Assembly (NCBI GenBank): GCA_016214075.1
Contig: JACRPI010000005.1
Coordinates: 2,662-66,661 of the forward strand
DNA length: 64,000 bases
Direction: 5' to 3'
Origin: Candidatus Woesearchaeota archaeon
GTDB taxonomy: Archaea > Nanobdellota > Nanobdellia > Woesearchaeales > DSVV01
Within the stretch, counting starts at the first letter, position 1. The number at the start of each line of letters is the position of its first letter. This document shows positions 54,462 to 64,000 of this stretch, piece after piece. The notes beneath the pieces are model-generated. The model was not told where the DNA came from. It made no database searches and saw only the letters and a program-made list of their open reading frames with translations. Made by a program: the position numbers and the translations under genes.

Positions 54462-57005
54462 TTGAGAACCATGCCAACTGACAAAGAAATAAAAAAGGAG
54501 TTCAAAAGCAAAACCTCCAAAAATCCAGAAAAATATTATGCGGTGGATGTTCTGAAAGGAGAAGGCTTTGAAAGAAAGCAATGCGAAAAATGCAGTATCT
54601 TTTTCTGGACAACAACAGGCAAAACAGTTTGCGGCGATCCAAGCTGCAGTGGTGGATTTCAATTCTTCGGCAAATCTCCAGCGTCAGAAAATCTCGATTA
54701 CATCCAAGTCTGGAAAAAATTCTCCAGCCAATTCCAAGATTTAGGATACACACCTATCAAGCGCTATCCTGTCGCGGCGCGATGGCGAGACGACACGGAT
54801 TTCGTCCAAGCGTCAATATACAATTTTCAGCCCTACGTCGTGAGCGGAGAAGTTGCGCCACCAGCGAATCCATTAGTGGTCCCGCAATTCTGTCTCAGAT
54901 TCAATGATATTGATAACGTTGGAATAACAGGCGCGCATTACAGCGGCTTCATTATGATTGGTCAGCACGCGTTTATGCCGCCAGAACGTTGGGATCAAAA
55001 ACAATATTTCCAAGATATTCACGGTTGGTTAAAAAAAGGATTAGGACTTCCAAATAATGAGATCACGTTTCATGAAGATGCGTGGGCGGGTGGCGGTAAT
55101 TTTGGACCCTGCATGGAATTTTTCAGCAGAGGATTAGAGCTCGGAAATCAAGTATATATGATGTACGAGCAAACCCCAAGCGGTCCAAAAGAACTCAAGA
55201 TCAAAGTCCTCGACATGGGCATGGGCCATGAACGAAACGCGTGGTTTACAAAAGGAACATCCACAAGCTACGAAACAACGTTCCCTACAGTGTGTCAATT
55301 CTTAAAACAAAAAACAGGAATAAAAGTAAATGAATCATTAATTCAAAAATTCCTTCCTTATTCTTCCTACCTCAACGCGGATGAAGCGGAAGATCTTAAT
55401 GTTGTGTGGAGAAATATCGCGACAAAGCTCGACATGAATATGTTTGAGTTAAAAGAAAATATTCTTCCGCTCGCGGCAATGTACAGTGTGGGAGAACATA
55501 CACGATCATTGCTTGTCGCGATTCATGATGGCGTTCTTCCGAGCAATGTCGGTGGTGGGTATAACTTACGACTCATCTTACGCAGAGCGTTAGGATTTAT
55601 CGACAAATACAAGTGGGATATTGATCTCGCGGATGTTGCGGAAAAACACGCGGCGTATCTCAAGCCATTGTATCCAGAACTCACTGAAAATCTCGACCAT
55701 GTCAATAAAATCTTGGAAGTTGAAAAGCTCAAGTATCAGGCAAACAGAGATAAAGCAAAACAAATAGTAATAAGGCTCATTGAAAAAAATGAAGAGATTA
55801 ATGAACAAAAACTCCTCCTCCTCTACGACACACAAGGTATTGCTCCAGAAATTGTCAAAGAAGTAGGAATAGGGCTCCAGAAACAAATTACAATCCCTGA
55901 TAATTTCTATGCGCAAGTTTCGCAATTACACGAAAAAAGAAAGCAGGAGCACCAAACAACACAAGAAGAAAAACTGCAACTAGTTGGAATTCCTCCAACA
56001 AGAGCGTTGTATTTCCAGGATTATGCGGTCACAAAAGCAAAAGGAAAAATTCTTGCGGTGATCGGTAACAACATTGTCTTCGATCAAACAGTCTTTTATC
56101 CAACAAGTGGAGGACAGCTGTATGATACAGGAATGCTCACCACAGAAACAGGAAAAAAAGCGCGCATAATAACCATCTTCAAACAAGGAGCGCATATTGT
56201 GCATGTTGTTGATTCTATTGAAGGATTTTCTGTAGGCGAAGAAGTCAAGCAAGAAGTGGAGAAAGAACGCAGGCAGCAGCTCAGCCAGCATCACACCGCG
56301 ACGCACATCGTGAATGCGGCGGCAAAAAAAGTGCTTGGTGCACATGCGCAGCAGGCAGGAGCGAAAAAAGACATAGACAAAGCGCATATTGATCTCACCC
56401 ATTACGAAAGTCTCACAGAAGAACAATTGAAAGAGATTGAGCGGGTGGCGAATGAGATTGTCAAAAAAGATATTATTGTAAAAACAGAATTTATGTCGAG
56501 AGACGATGCGGAGAAAAAGTATGGCATGGAAATCTATCAAGGAGGAGCAGTGCCAGGCGCGGAATTGCGCATGGTTCAAATTCCAGAAATAGATGTGGAA
56601 TGTTGTGGAGGAACACATTTGCATTCCACAAAAGAAGCAGAAGAAATTAAGATCATAAAATCGTCAAAAATTCAGGATGGAGTGGTAAGAATTACGTTTA
56701 CTGCAGGAAAAGCGGCGAAGAAAACAGAATCACAGAATGAAGGAGTTTTGGATGCGGTCAAGAAACTCATGAACGCGCCAGAAAATCAGTTGCCTGGAAA
56801 AACAATTGAACTCTTTGAAAAATGGAAGAAAGCAGTAAAAAAGAAACAGGAAATAACAGCGGCAGAAGCGCAATTAACATCCACAACAATCTTTGAAGGA
56901 GATGTGCTTGCGGAACTCGCGAAAATTCTAAAAACACAGCAAGAGCATGTCCCAAAGACAATTGAGCGGTTTATGAAAGAATTGAATGACGCAGTGAAGA
57001 AGTAA
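54462..57005 (+). CDS. alaS: Alanyl-tRNA synthetase (archaeal type)
   Basis: N-terminal GFERKQCEKCSIFFWT (archaeal AlaRS zinc motif), editing-domain HTATHIVNAA and CCGGTHL, ~850 aa. Confidence 0.9.
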   Translation: MRTMPTDKEIKKEFKSKTSKNPEKYYAVDVLKGEGFERKQCEKCSIFFWTTTGKTVCGDPSCSGGFQFFGKSPASENLDYIQVWKKFSSQFQDLGYTPIKRYPVAARWRDDTDFVQASIYNFQPYVVSGEVAPPANPLVVPQFCLRFNDIDNVGITGAHYSGFIMIGQHAFMPPERWDQKQYFQDIHGWLKKGLGLPNNEITFHEDAWAGGGNFGPCMEFFSRGLELGNQVYMMYEQTPSGPKELKIKVLDMGMGHERNAWFTKGTSTSYETTFPTVCQFLKQKTGIKVNESLIQKFLPYSSYLNADEAEDLNVVWRNIATKLDMNMFELKENILPLAAMYSVGEHTRSLLVAIHDGVLPSNVGGGYNLRLILRRALGFIDKYKWDIDLADVAEKHAAYLKPLYPELTENLDHVNKILEVEKLKYQANRDKAKQIVIRLIEKNEEINEQKLLLLYDTQGIAPEIVKEVGIGLQKQITIPDNFYAQVSQLHEKRKQEHQTTQEEKLQLVGIPPTRALYFQDYAVTKAKGKILAVIGNNIVFDQTVFYPTSGGQLYDTGMLTTETGKKARIITIFKQGAHIVHVVDSIEGFSVGEEVKQEVEKERRQQLSQHHTATHIVNAAAKKVLGAHAQQAGAKKDIDKAHIDLTHYESLTEEQLKEIERVANEIVKKDIIVKTEFMSRDDAEKKYGMEIYQGGAVPGAELRMVQIPEIDVECCGGTHLHSTKEAEEIKIIKSSKIQDGVVRITFTAGKAAKKTESQNEGVLDAVKKLMNAPENQLPGKTIELFEKWKKAVKKKQEITAAEAQLTSTTIFEGDVLAELAKILKTQQEHVPKTIERFMKELNDAVKK

Positions 57006-57368
57006 AAGTAGAGTAAACTATTAATAGAAGTATTAACGAGTAATATGAGGTGGTATTTATGGAAAGCATAATCAAGACATATGGCTTAAAGGATTGGGAA
57101 TATTATTTGGCGTTGACACTGAGTGTTATTGCGGTTATAGCGATTGTTGCTGTCGCATTGCGAGTCTTTGGTTTGATATGAAAGATAAAATTATTTTTTT
57201 CATTACACTTTTAGACTTTCTTCTGATTCTAATGACCGTTCTTATGATACTTATAACTCTTCATACAAGTTCTTTATTTAATCTTTTTTATAATATTGTT
57301 TATGTTACTCTCAATAGTGTTTCTTTGCTTCTAAACATTCATGTGATTAACAGAACAAGAAATATTTC

Positions 57369-57875
57369 TTAATCCTTCGTCGTCGTAAACTCTCCACCAC
57401 CCACGTGAAATAATCGTTTTGCGCTAGAAATTAATTCTCGTGAAGCGACAACGTTCCCAATAAAAAGAACATACTCCTCAAAAGCATGCTGTTCAACAAC
57501 ATGACAACTGATATACGCGACAGCGTCTTTCAGCCGACAGCAATCAACGCCATCCGCTTCTTCTTTCGCGATAGAATAAATAGCAAATTTATCAATAGTG
57601 TGTCCGCTTGCTTTTCCAAGCAATCGAACAGTATCAGCAAATCCAACGCCAACAAAATTGACGACAAACACGCCGCTTTGTACGATCAACTGCGCGGTAA
57701 AAGAGTTCTTAGAAACGCTTATCGCAAAATGAGATGGAGAAATAGGCATGTGCCAATCAGTGGGTGCAACATTATCTTTCAAGAACTCTTTGCCAAATTG
57801 TATAAGAGTTCCACGAGAAGTAATAAGGACAGTTTCACGTGGTGTAATAAAAGTAAGCATAACCAAAACCCTCAA
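57369..57875 (-). CDS. Flavin reductase-like (FMN-binding split-barrel) domain protein
   Basis: PTDWHMPISPSHFAISVSK resembles the flavin reductase family core (aaWhmpvs..pp.vavsv). Confidence 0.6.
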   Translation of the reverse strand: MRVLVMLTFITPRETVLITSRGTLIQFGKEFLKDNVAPTDWHMPISPSHFAISVSKNSFTAQLIVQSGVFVVNFVGVGFADTVRLLGKASGHTIDKFAIYSIAKEEADGVDCCRLKDAVAYISCHVVEQHAFEEYVLFIGNVVASRELISSAKRLFHVGGGEFTTTKD

Positions 57876-58720
57876 TGCGGATGTTTAAAGTGATGGAATG
57901 GCTTTTCTGAAACCATATACGTTGAAACCATAAAGAGCAACAATGACGCGGCGTACGGAACATAATATGTTTCATAATAAAAACCAAAGATGGTCTCAGA
58001 AAGGATGGTGGGCGTCATTGAAAAAACAGCAACTAAAAAGAGTTGTCGGCCATGCACTTCATATCTGATCGCGGTAGTATAAATAAATCCAAAAAGAAAA
58101 AAGAGTAAAACAACAATGAAATATTTGGCAAGGAGGAAGAGGAATAATAAGATAAATATCCCTGGAAGCATCAAGAGAATAAAAGTAAATGCAATGTTAG
58201 TAAACTTGTCTCTGTCTTCAACAAGTATTTGCGCTTGTGAAAAGTCAAGCTGATGAGGATCATTGTCAAACAAACAAGCTATTCTGCTCGTGAGGCATAA
58301 ATTATTTTTCCAGTAAACACTTTGTTGAGTGAGGAGTAAAGATTCACCATCATAGGGTTTTTCATTTGCGACAACAATCCCAAAATCTTCAAACGCGATA
58401 ACTTGATTGATTTCCATTTGCGGTGCGAGCGTGAAATTATTCAGATGATTTGTTTCTTCACGGAGTTCGTCATAAAAACTAAATAGGTAAGGAATCGTAA
58501 AGAGAATGAAAAGCAGAAAAGAAAGCGCAAGGATGTGAACGTAGTAGCGAAGTCCTTGACCAGTAGAAGCCATGCATAATTTTTTGTAAGAAAGCGGATT
58601 AAAAGTTCTGATCACAACACCCATAAACCCGACAAAAGTAGTGTATTCTTTATGTGCTTCTTCTTTGACTTTCTTTTTGATTTCATCAAAGATTTCAGGT
58701 TTGACTTCTTCCTTTGCCAT
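57872..58720 (-). CDS. Polytopic membrane protein (hypothetical)
   Basis: Six or more TM helices. Stop overlaps the flavin-reductase-like gene by 4 bp. Confidence 0.55.
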   Translation of the reverse strand: MAKEEVKPEIFDEIKKKVKEEAHKEYTTFVGFMGVVIRTFNPLSYKKLCMASTGQGLRYYVHILALSFLLFILFTIPYLFSFYDELREETNHLNNFTLAPQMEINQVIAFEDFGIVVANEKPYDGESLLLTQQSVYWKNNLCLTSRIACLFDNDPHQLDFSQAQILVEDRDKFTNIAFTFILLMLPGIFILLFLFLLAKYFIVVLLFFLFGFIYTTAIRYEVHGRQLFLVAVFSMTPTILSETIFGFYYETYYVPYAASLLLFMVSTYMVSEKPFHHFKHPH

Positions 58721-58835
58721 AAGGTATTTTTTGCGCAGTTCTTGTTTATATGTTTTGTTGAAGGAAGGATATCATTTATCTTTTCCGTTGTTTTGTGGGG
58801 ATTTTGTGTATTCATCTATTTTTACAAACTCCATA

Positions 58836-58946
58836 AAACCCCATTGCACTCAAGTGCAATGGGTCCCCCGGGCATTTTGCTTTTGCTGGTGCGTGTTTTG
58901 AAGCTTGTCGTAGCCCAGTGTAGCTTTGAATCGCCATACTCCTTTA
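58836..58946 (-). repeat. Family-B repeat, truncated copy B4 (reverse orientation; CCCGGG variant of the TGTCAGGGGG box)
   Basis: ccCCATTGCACtcaaGTGCAATGGgtcccccgggcattttgcttttgctggtgcgtgt...ggcgattcaaag. Confidence 0.55.
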
Positions 58947-59003
58947 CTGTCAGGGGGACCCATTCCAACGCGCTTTTGCGTTGGAATGGGGTATTATTAA
59001 GGT
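58947..59003 (+). repeat. Family-B 3' module copy B5, head-to-head with B4
   Basis: cTGTCAGGGGGACCC-ATTCCAACGCgcttttGCGTTGGAAT-GGGGTATTATTAAGG. Confidence 0.55.
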
Positions 59004-59045
59004 GTAAACATATTAAAGAGAATCATAATTACAAAATAACACGAA

Positions 59046-59525
59046 TCAATACTTCCGACAAAAGAAAATAATATCTTTCTCTTCTTCAATTGCTTTGAAT
59101 GAAGGAAATATTTTTCCCATCAATTCTTCAATCAATCCAATCTTTGGACTTTTTTTCAGAGCGCTAATAACAATAAATTCTTTCGCGACTCGTTTCATTT
59201 CCAATAATCCTTGTTCAATGTCATCGAAGTTCTGCAGTGCGGTGATAGACACAACAACCATGAAAGCGTTTGTTCGAAACGGCAGCATTTCTCCTTTTCC
59301 AAGAGCAGCAAGAATTTTTTGCTTTGCGAGTTTCAATAATTGAAAAGAAGGATCAATGCCAACAACTGTTCCAGGAAAGTCTGCGAAATAAGGACCGCAA
59401 CCCACGTCAAGAATCTTCCATTTCTCGTGAAAAGGGATATGTTTCTTAATCAGCGCAATTTTCTTGAGTTGTTCTTCTCGATGCAGTTCAGAATAGCCAG
59501 ACGCGATCGTATCGTAGTAGGTCAT
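59046..59525 (-). CDS. Small class I SAM-dependent methyltransferase
   Basis: ILDVGCGPYFADF motif I; about 159 aa. Confidence 0.6.
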   Translation of the reverse strand: MTYYDTIASGYSELHREEQLKKIALIKKHIPFHEKWKILDVGCGPYFADFPGTVVGIDPSFQLLKLAKQKILAALGKGEMLPFRTNAFMVVVSITALQNFDDIEQGLLEMKRVAKEFIVISALKKSPKIGLIEELMGKIFPSFKAIEEEKDIIFFCRKY

Positions 59526-59573
59526 GAAATGATAATGAAAGATTTATATATAAGTATTCCTAAAAAAAGAGCC

Positions 59574-60158
59574 ATGGATAAGACTAGTGCGTATCTTCTT
59601 GGTGTAGTGGGGATTGTAGCAATTGTGGCAGTTGCAGTATTATTGATGAACAGTGAGGCATCAGCTGATCTTTCTGGACAAGCGGTAAAGATAAGCAAAG
59701 TCTCCAAACCTTCTTTCGGAGCGTTCGCAAAATATCCGGATCTCATTATTACAAGTATAAACTCTATTTATATAAATGGTACTACACTTAACGAAACCCG
59801 AGTTAATTTTACTATCAAGAATCAAGGAAGAGGAGACCCATATGATAACGGAAAAACAGTTGTATGGGTTTCCGGACAACAAACGTATCTCACTATAGAT
59901 GGTATTTCTGAAGTAGGTTGGGGAGGTCCGGATTATTCAAGTCTCTCAAGTACTTCTTTAGATCCTGGAAGTAGTATGACTATGAAGCTGCTATTTGATT
60001 TAGATACAGATGTTATAAACGCAATTAATGGTGGTACTTCGTGGGATTTGGAAGTTACTTTAGAAGTAGATGAGTGGAATTTGATCACTGAATCCGACGA
60101 AACAAACAATGAATACACAACAACAGTGACGCTAACAGCAGCTGATATTGTCAGTTAA
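59574..60158 (+). CDS. Secreted/anchored CARDB-domain protein
   Basis: Start taken at MDKTSAYLLGVVGIVAIVAVAVLLM (signal/TM). C-terminal ESDETNNEYTT is the CARDB E-x-N-E-x-NN signature. Confidence 0.6.
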   Translation: MDKTSAYLLGVVGIVAIVAVAVLLMNSEASADLSGQAVKISKVSKPSFGAFAKYPDLIITSINSIYINGTTLNETRVNFTIKNQGRGDPYDNGKTVVWVSGQQTYLTIDGISEVGWGGPDYSSLSSTSLDPGSSMTMKLLFDLDTDVINAINGGTSWDLEVTLEVDEWNLITESDETNNEYTTTVTLTAADIVS

Positions 60159-60227
60159 GTTTTTCATTTTCTTTTTTCTTCTTTTTCTCTTAAAATTTTA
60201 TAAACAAGAAGTCATTAATTCCCATTC

Positions 60228-61094
60228 ATGGACGAAAAACAGTTGAAAGATCAACAAGAGAAACACCTCAAAGACAAATGTCTCAAACTCTTGCAAACAT
60301 ACACAAAGCATCCTGTGGTAAAAATAACAAACAGTGGAAACGCTGCGATATTCGGCGCGTTATCAATCGCAAAACAGCGTGGCTGTAAAGAAGTACTCAT
60401 CCCCGATCAGGGAGGATGGCTTTCCTATAAAACATTCCCAAAACTTCTCGATTTAAAAATCACAGAACTCAAAACAACCTACGGACTCATTAGCACAAAC
60501 GAACTCCAAAAGCACAAGAACGCGGCATTACTCTTCTCGAGTTTTGCAGGCTATGCGGCGCCGCAGGATATCGAAGCAATCGCGCAAGTCTGCAAAGAAA
60601 ATAATATCCTCATAATCGAAGACGCTTCAGGCTCCTTAACACATTCAATATTATGCAATGGAAACCTATCCGACATCATCGTCGCAAGTTTTGGAAAATG
60701 GAAGATCGCGGATGTCGGTCATGGGGGCTTTCTGAGCGCAAAAGAAGGCATTATAACAAAGGAAATTAAGGAATCAGATATTCTGAGTCTCATCAGCATA
60801 AACATCATAGACTACGCTATCCTGCTCGAAAAAATCAAAGCTGCTCCGCAACGATTACAATTCATACTAAAAAAGACAAAGGAAATCAAAGCATTGTGTA
60901 AACAAGAACACTTCGAAATGATTCATGAAGACGCGGAAGGGTTAAGTATTTTTGTCACGTACAAAACAGACAAAGAAAAAGAACACATAATAGAGTTCTG
61001 TAAAAAACAGAAACTGGAGTACAAAGAATGTCCATTATACATTAAGGTTTTAGAAAAAGCGATTTCTATTGAAGTGAAACGATTGACAGAATAA
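60228..61094 (+). CDS. PLP-dependent transferase-like protein (fold type I, short form; tentative)
   Basis: ITNSGNAAIFGALSIA..., IIEDASGS and SFGKWK (candidate PLP-Lys) resemble DegT/class-V aminotransferase-like motifs. Only 288 aa. Confidence 0.4.
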   Translation: MDEKQLKDQQEKHLKDKCLKLLQTYTKHPVVKITNSGNAAIFGALSIAKQRGCKEVLIPDQGGWLSYKTFPKLLDLKITELKTTYGLISTNELQKHKNAALLFSSFAGYAAPQDIEAIAQVCKENNILIIEDASGSLTHSILCNGNLSDIIVASFGKWKIADVGHGGFLSAKEGIITKEIKESDILSLISINIIDYAILLEKIKAAPQRLQFILKKTKEIKALCKQEHFEMIHEDAEGLSIFVTYKTDKEKEHIIEFCKKQKLEYKECPLYIKVLEKAISIEVKRLTE

Positions 61095-61104
61095 AAAAAA
61101 TCCC

Positions 61105-61140
61105 TGCTGAGCAACGTCCGTCACTCAGCAAAAAAACAAA
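61105..61140. terminator. Bidirectional hairpin terminator between convergent genes
   Basis: aaaaaaaatccc-TGCTGAG-caacgtccgtca-CTCAGCA-aaaaaaac: 7-bp stem flanked by A-runs on one strand and T-runs on the other. Confidence 0.45.
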
Positions 61141-61216
61141 TTCTTCGATTGAGCCATCGAATGTTTTGTTCAAAGTTAATTCTGGATGAACCAACCATAA
61201 ACAAAGCCTATGATCA

Positions 61217-63019
61217 TTATTGAGCTTTTTTCTGCGCAAATCCTTTTGGCGCTGTTCTGTACACTTCCTGAGATTTGTACAATTGCTGTAAGCTAATCCC
61301 ATTGTATAATCTACCGCTTGCGTAATTGTTTGTCTTATACGTGCTCAAGATGCGCGTTGTCAAGTTGAAAAAGGCAAAGCTAATGCCGAGCAACACAAAC
61401 GAAACAACATTTGTCCATGTAGGGAAATGTGCAATGTACATGATCAAGGGGAAAAACAATGCGCTGACAAAAAACACGCTGACAAAAAACAGGTTTTGTA
61501 AAATGCGCTGTGATTTTCTGTGGTTCATCATGCGGTCAATGCCAGTAAGGACTTTGACAAGCGTTTCCTGGGTGTGGCGTATTTTTTTGTAGATCACGAC
61601 AAGCGCGAGGAGAGTGATAACAACAAAGCCAGCATGGATCAAATAGATGATTGTTGAAGAGAGTTCAAATGTCTGTGCAAGACCAACTCCTTTGTCCCAG
61701 CCAACAAAAATGTATGCAAGCAGCAATAAGGAAAATGCGGTGCTGAAAAATGCTGTTTTGAATTTCTTTGTTTCAGCGTTTTCTGTGTCAATCTGGTCAA
61801 AAAAGCTGCGGACATACGTTGCGAGCTGTGAAAAGCTGTTGTTCAAATACATAGGGGTTTTTGTTGCGCTCCATACATCACTGACACGGCTGCTGGACGC
61901 GACGCTGATCGACATAATGATTGCAGTTGCGAAGATAATGACGGAAGTAATGGTCACAATATCAATGGACATGCCAAAGCCGCTGCTTTGTTTTGCGATG
62001 AGCAATGCGAATTCTCCGACAGAGATCATCGCGAGGCTGGAAAAAAAGATTTGGTTTCCTCGGAAGCCAGCGAAGACATAGCTGACAAGTCCGACTGCGA
62101 TGAATCTGGATATGATGACTGCGATAAGGAGCGCGACAATGAACCATGCGTTTGGAGCGATGCTTTTGAAATTCACGAGTGTTCCCATCGCGATGAAAAA
62201 TAAGGAACTAAAGATAAGAGAGTATGGAGCGACTGCATGCTCAAATGATTTTGCTTGTGGTAATGATGCGATGATGCTTCCTGCGAGGAACGCGCCTGCG
62301 CTTGGAGATAATCCAAGAAAATATGCAAGCGTGCTGAATCCAATGCAAAACCCAAGCGCGAGGAATGTCGTGATATCATCGCTGCCGTTTTTGATAAGCC
62401 ATCTGAAAAGATACGCGGAAACGCGAAGCATAATAAAATATGCGATGAGCAATGTGCTTAACGCGATGATCATATGTTCAACCATCGCGAGAATGTTTGC
62501 GTCCGTGCTGTTTTGAAGGCTGGAGAAGAAAATTAATGCGATGACTGCGAGAACATCTTCAATAACAAGAACAGTGAGGAGCAATGGTGTTTCTTGTCTG
62601 TTATACAATGCTTTTTGTTCTAAAACTTTGACAATGACAACAGTGCTGGAGAAAGATAATACTGCGCCAGCGAAAATACCCACGATTGGTTCATACCCAA
62701 ATAATGATGCGGTTTGATAGCCAATGAAAAATGCGATGCCTGTTTTTAAGACAGCGATGGTCACTCCTTTGAAACCAAGTTTAACAAGTTTTGAAAGGTC
62801 AAACTCTAATCCAACAACGAACAACAATAATATTGCGCCAAATTCAATGATCATGTCGATCCATTCTTGATTGGAAACAATGCCTAGCGTGTTTGGTCCG
62901 ACGATTGCGCCGACGAGAAGAAGACCAAGGACAGCTGGTTGTTTGAAGCGTTTTGCGATGACTCCACCGACTATTGCGAAGAAGAACAAAATTCCCAATG
63001 TTAACAATTCACTTTCCAT
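61217..63019 (-). CDS. Cation:proton antiporter (CPA/Kef-type Na+/H+ exchanger family) with extended C-terminal membrane domain
   Basis: MESELLTLGILFFFAIVGGVIAKRFKQPAVLGLLLVGAIVGPNTLGI is a typical Na+/H+ exchanger family N-terminus. 600 aa polytopic. Confidence 0.8.
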   Translation of the reverse strand: MESELLTLGILFFFAIVGGVIAKRFKQPAVLGLLLVGAIVGPNTLGIVSNQEWIDMIIEFGAILLLFVVGLEFDLSKLVKLGFKGVTIAVLKTGIAFFIGYQTASLFGYEPIVGIFAGAVLSFSSTVVIVKVLEQKALYNRQETPLLLTVLVIEDVLAVIALIFFSSLQNSTDANILAMVEHMIIALSTLLIAYFIMLRVSAYLFRWLIKNGSDDITTFLALGFCIGFSTLAYFLGLSPSAGAFLAGSIIASLPQAKSFEHAVAPYSLIFSSLFFIAMGTLVNFKSIAPNAWFIVALLIAVIISRFIAVGLVSYVFAGFRGNQIFFSSLAMISVGEFALLIAKQSSGFGMSIDIVTITSVIIFATAIIMSISVASSSRVSDVWSATKTPMYLNNSFSQLATYVRSFFDQIDTENAETKKFKTAFFSTAFSLLLLAYIFVGWDKGVGLAQTFELSSTIIYLIHAGFVVITLLALVVIYKKIRHTQETLVKVLTGIDRMMNHRKSQRILQNLFFVSVFFVSALFFPLIMYIAHFPTWTNVVSFVLLGISFAFFNLTTRILSTYKTNNYASGRLYNGISLQQLYKSQEVYRTAPKGFAQKKAQ

Positions 63020-63267
63020 ATCCTACACCCTCGATTTATTGCACATCAGTCCCTTTCAAGCGACAAAATCGTTTTTGCCACACAACTGATATACTTTTTC
63101 GTATACTCGTTTGCTTTTTAGGATATTAATATACGCACTGCTTATATATAAACCTTTTGTTTTGGCCGGATGTTTTAAGCGCTCAGAAATGTGCCGTTTA
63201 ATCAGTTGTCATTGGAAAGTGGTTATTGTAATAAACTTTATAAATTAAGGTTATCTACTCTCATAAA

Positions 63268-63567
63268 ATGTCAAGTAAATTATCTAAATATGTTGGTGAA
63301 ATTGCTATAGTAATGCAACTTACTTGTGCAGGAGCAATTGTTGGTGGAGTATACAATGGTCATGCGCATACGCCTGATGATTATGAAACTCAAAAAGGAG
63401 AAAGTGCGTATGTTGTTAATTCTGATGGTCAGAGAATATTAACTCACAAATACCTTGATGCAAAAGTAAGTGCTTTTTTTCAGGGAGTAGGAATAGGCGC
63501 GTTAGTTGCTGCAAGTGTTGGAACTGCGGGAATTACTTATGTAAGGGGAAAATATTTTAAAAAATAA
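63268..63567 (+). CDS. Small membrane protein (hypothetical)
   Basis: 99 aa, two hydrophobic segments. Confidence 0.4.
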   Translation: MSSKLSKYVGEIAIVMQLTCAGAIVGGVYNGHAHTPDDYETQKGESAYVVNSDGQRILTHKYLDAKVSAFFQGVGIGALVAASVGTAGITYVRGKYFKK

Positions 63568-63568
63568 A

Positions 63569-63922
63569 TTAAAGGATCTTCTTCCTAAACGCTCCAATAT
63601 CATTCTCACTAAGCCCACTCACTTGCGCGTCAAACTGAATAACAAATACTTTTGCATCTCGCAACATCGTTGCAACTTCTTCTTGTTTATCCACGCGCAT
63701 GTAATACTGTGCGTCAATGCGTTTGTTTTTGTGCGTATTTATTGTGTTTACTACGTCTTCCCCAAGAAGAATACTCGTAGCCAAGATAGAGCACGTATGA
63801 TTCTCACATTTTATCCCAATTCGTTGAAGAAAAGAATAGAGTGCATAGTATTCAGCGTAATAAATAACAACAGTTGTCCAGAGTAAATCTCCATCAGCAA
63901 AATTCTTCTCTGCTCGCTTCAA
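63569..63922 (-). CDS. HEPN-like domain protein (tentative)
   Basis: All-helical 117-aa protein; VVIYYAEYYALYSFLQRIGIKCENHTCSILA resembles HEPN helix 1-2. The upstream partner would lie beyond the window end. Confidence 0.3.
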   Translation of the reverse strand: MKRAEKNFADGDLLWTTVVIYYAEYYALYSFLQRIGIKCENHTCSILATSILLGEDVVNTINTHKNKRIDAQYYMRVDKQEEVATMLRDAKVFVIQFDAQVSGLSENDIGAFRKKIL

Positions 63923-64000
63923 AGACGCTTTTGCTTCTTCTAAGTATGATTTTGCAAGCCGTTCGCTCGGCTCTTCAATTTTCAGACCATCTTTTAGTCC

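Noticed and set aside
55980-56624. 214-aa minus ORF inside alaS
   Set aside because: Antisense to the AlaRS editing domain; Cys/Phe-rich nonsense.
1-64000. tRNA, rRNA and CRISPR arrays
   Set aside because: Scanned intergenic regions for T-arm GTTCGAATC-like boxes with cloverleaf context, and for regularly spaced direct repeats. Only loop-embedded TTCGAA palindromes and the dispersed A/B element families were found. No tRNA fold or repeat-spacer array could be supported.

Overview
Dense, low-GC (~38%) archaeal chromosome window. Archaeal markers: ribosomal proteins L31e/L39e/S19e, GatE, Rpp21 of RNase P, CDP-archaeol synthase, archaeal-type AlaRS, EndoQ, class-III-signal-peptide pilins. The many small acidic or low-complexity secreted proteins suggest a small-genome (possibly DPANN-like) archaeon (inference). 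Housekeeping genes: pgk, adk, alaS, gatE, ppsA, type-II glutamine synthetase next to an Lrp regulator, a psd-pssA-carS archaeal phospholipid operon, NnrD, YhbY, Kef-type antiporters, MscS, NUDIX, a THUMP tRNA methyltransferase. Both ppsA and the EndoQ gene carry LAGLIDADG inteins. Main non-routine content: (1) two families of repeated, hairpin-rich intergenic elements; family B has at least 6 copies of a conserved GGGGGACCC-[covarying hairpin]-GGGTATTAT 3' module behind a promoter-like AT-rich leader; (2) a strongly structured ~110-nt GC-rich island with its own TATA box upstream of the RNase P Rpp21 gene (candidate ncRNA); (3) a putative ADP-ribosyltransferase-like protein convergent with a NADAR hydrolase gene (candidate toxin/reversal pair); (4) a B12-binding radical SAM enzyme co-operonic with type IV pilin-like proteins, with repetitive small ORFs upstream and a tandem-Lrp regulator; (5) a divergent proteasome-beta-like Ntn hydrolase. 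No tRNA, rRNA or CRISPR array was recognisable. Products were assigned from motifs read in the translations; no searches were run.
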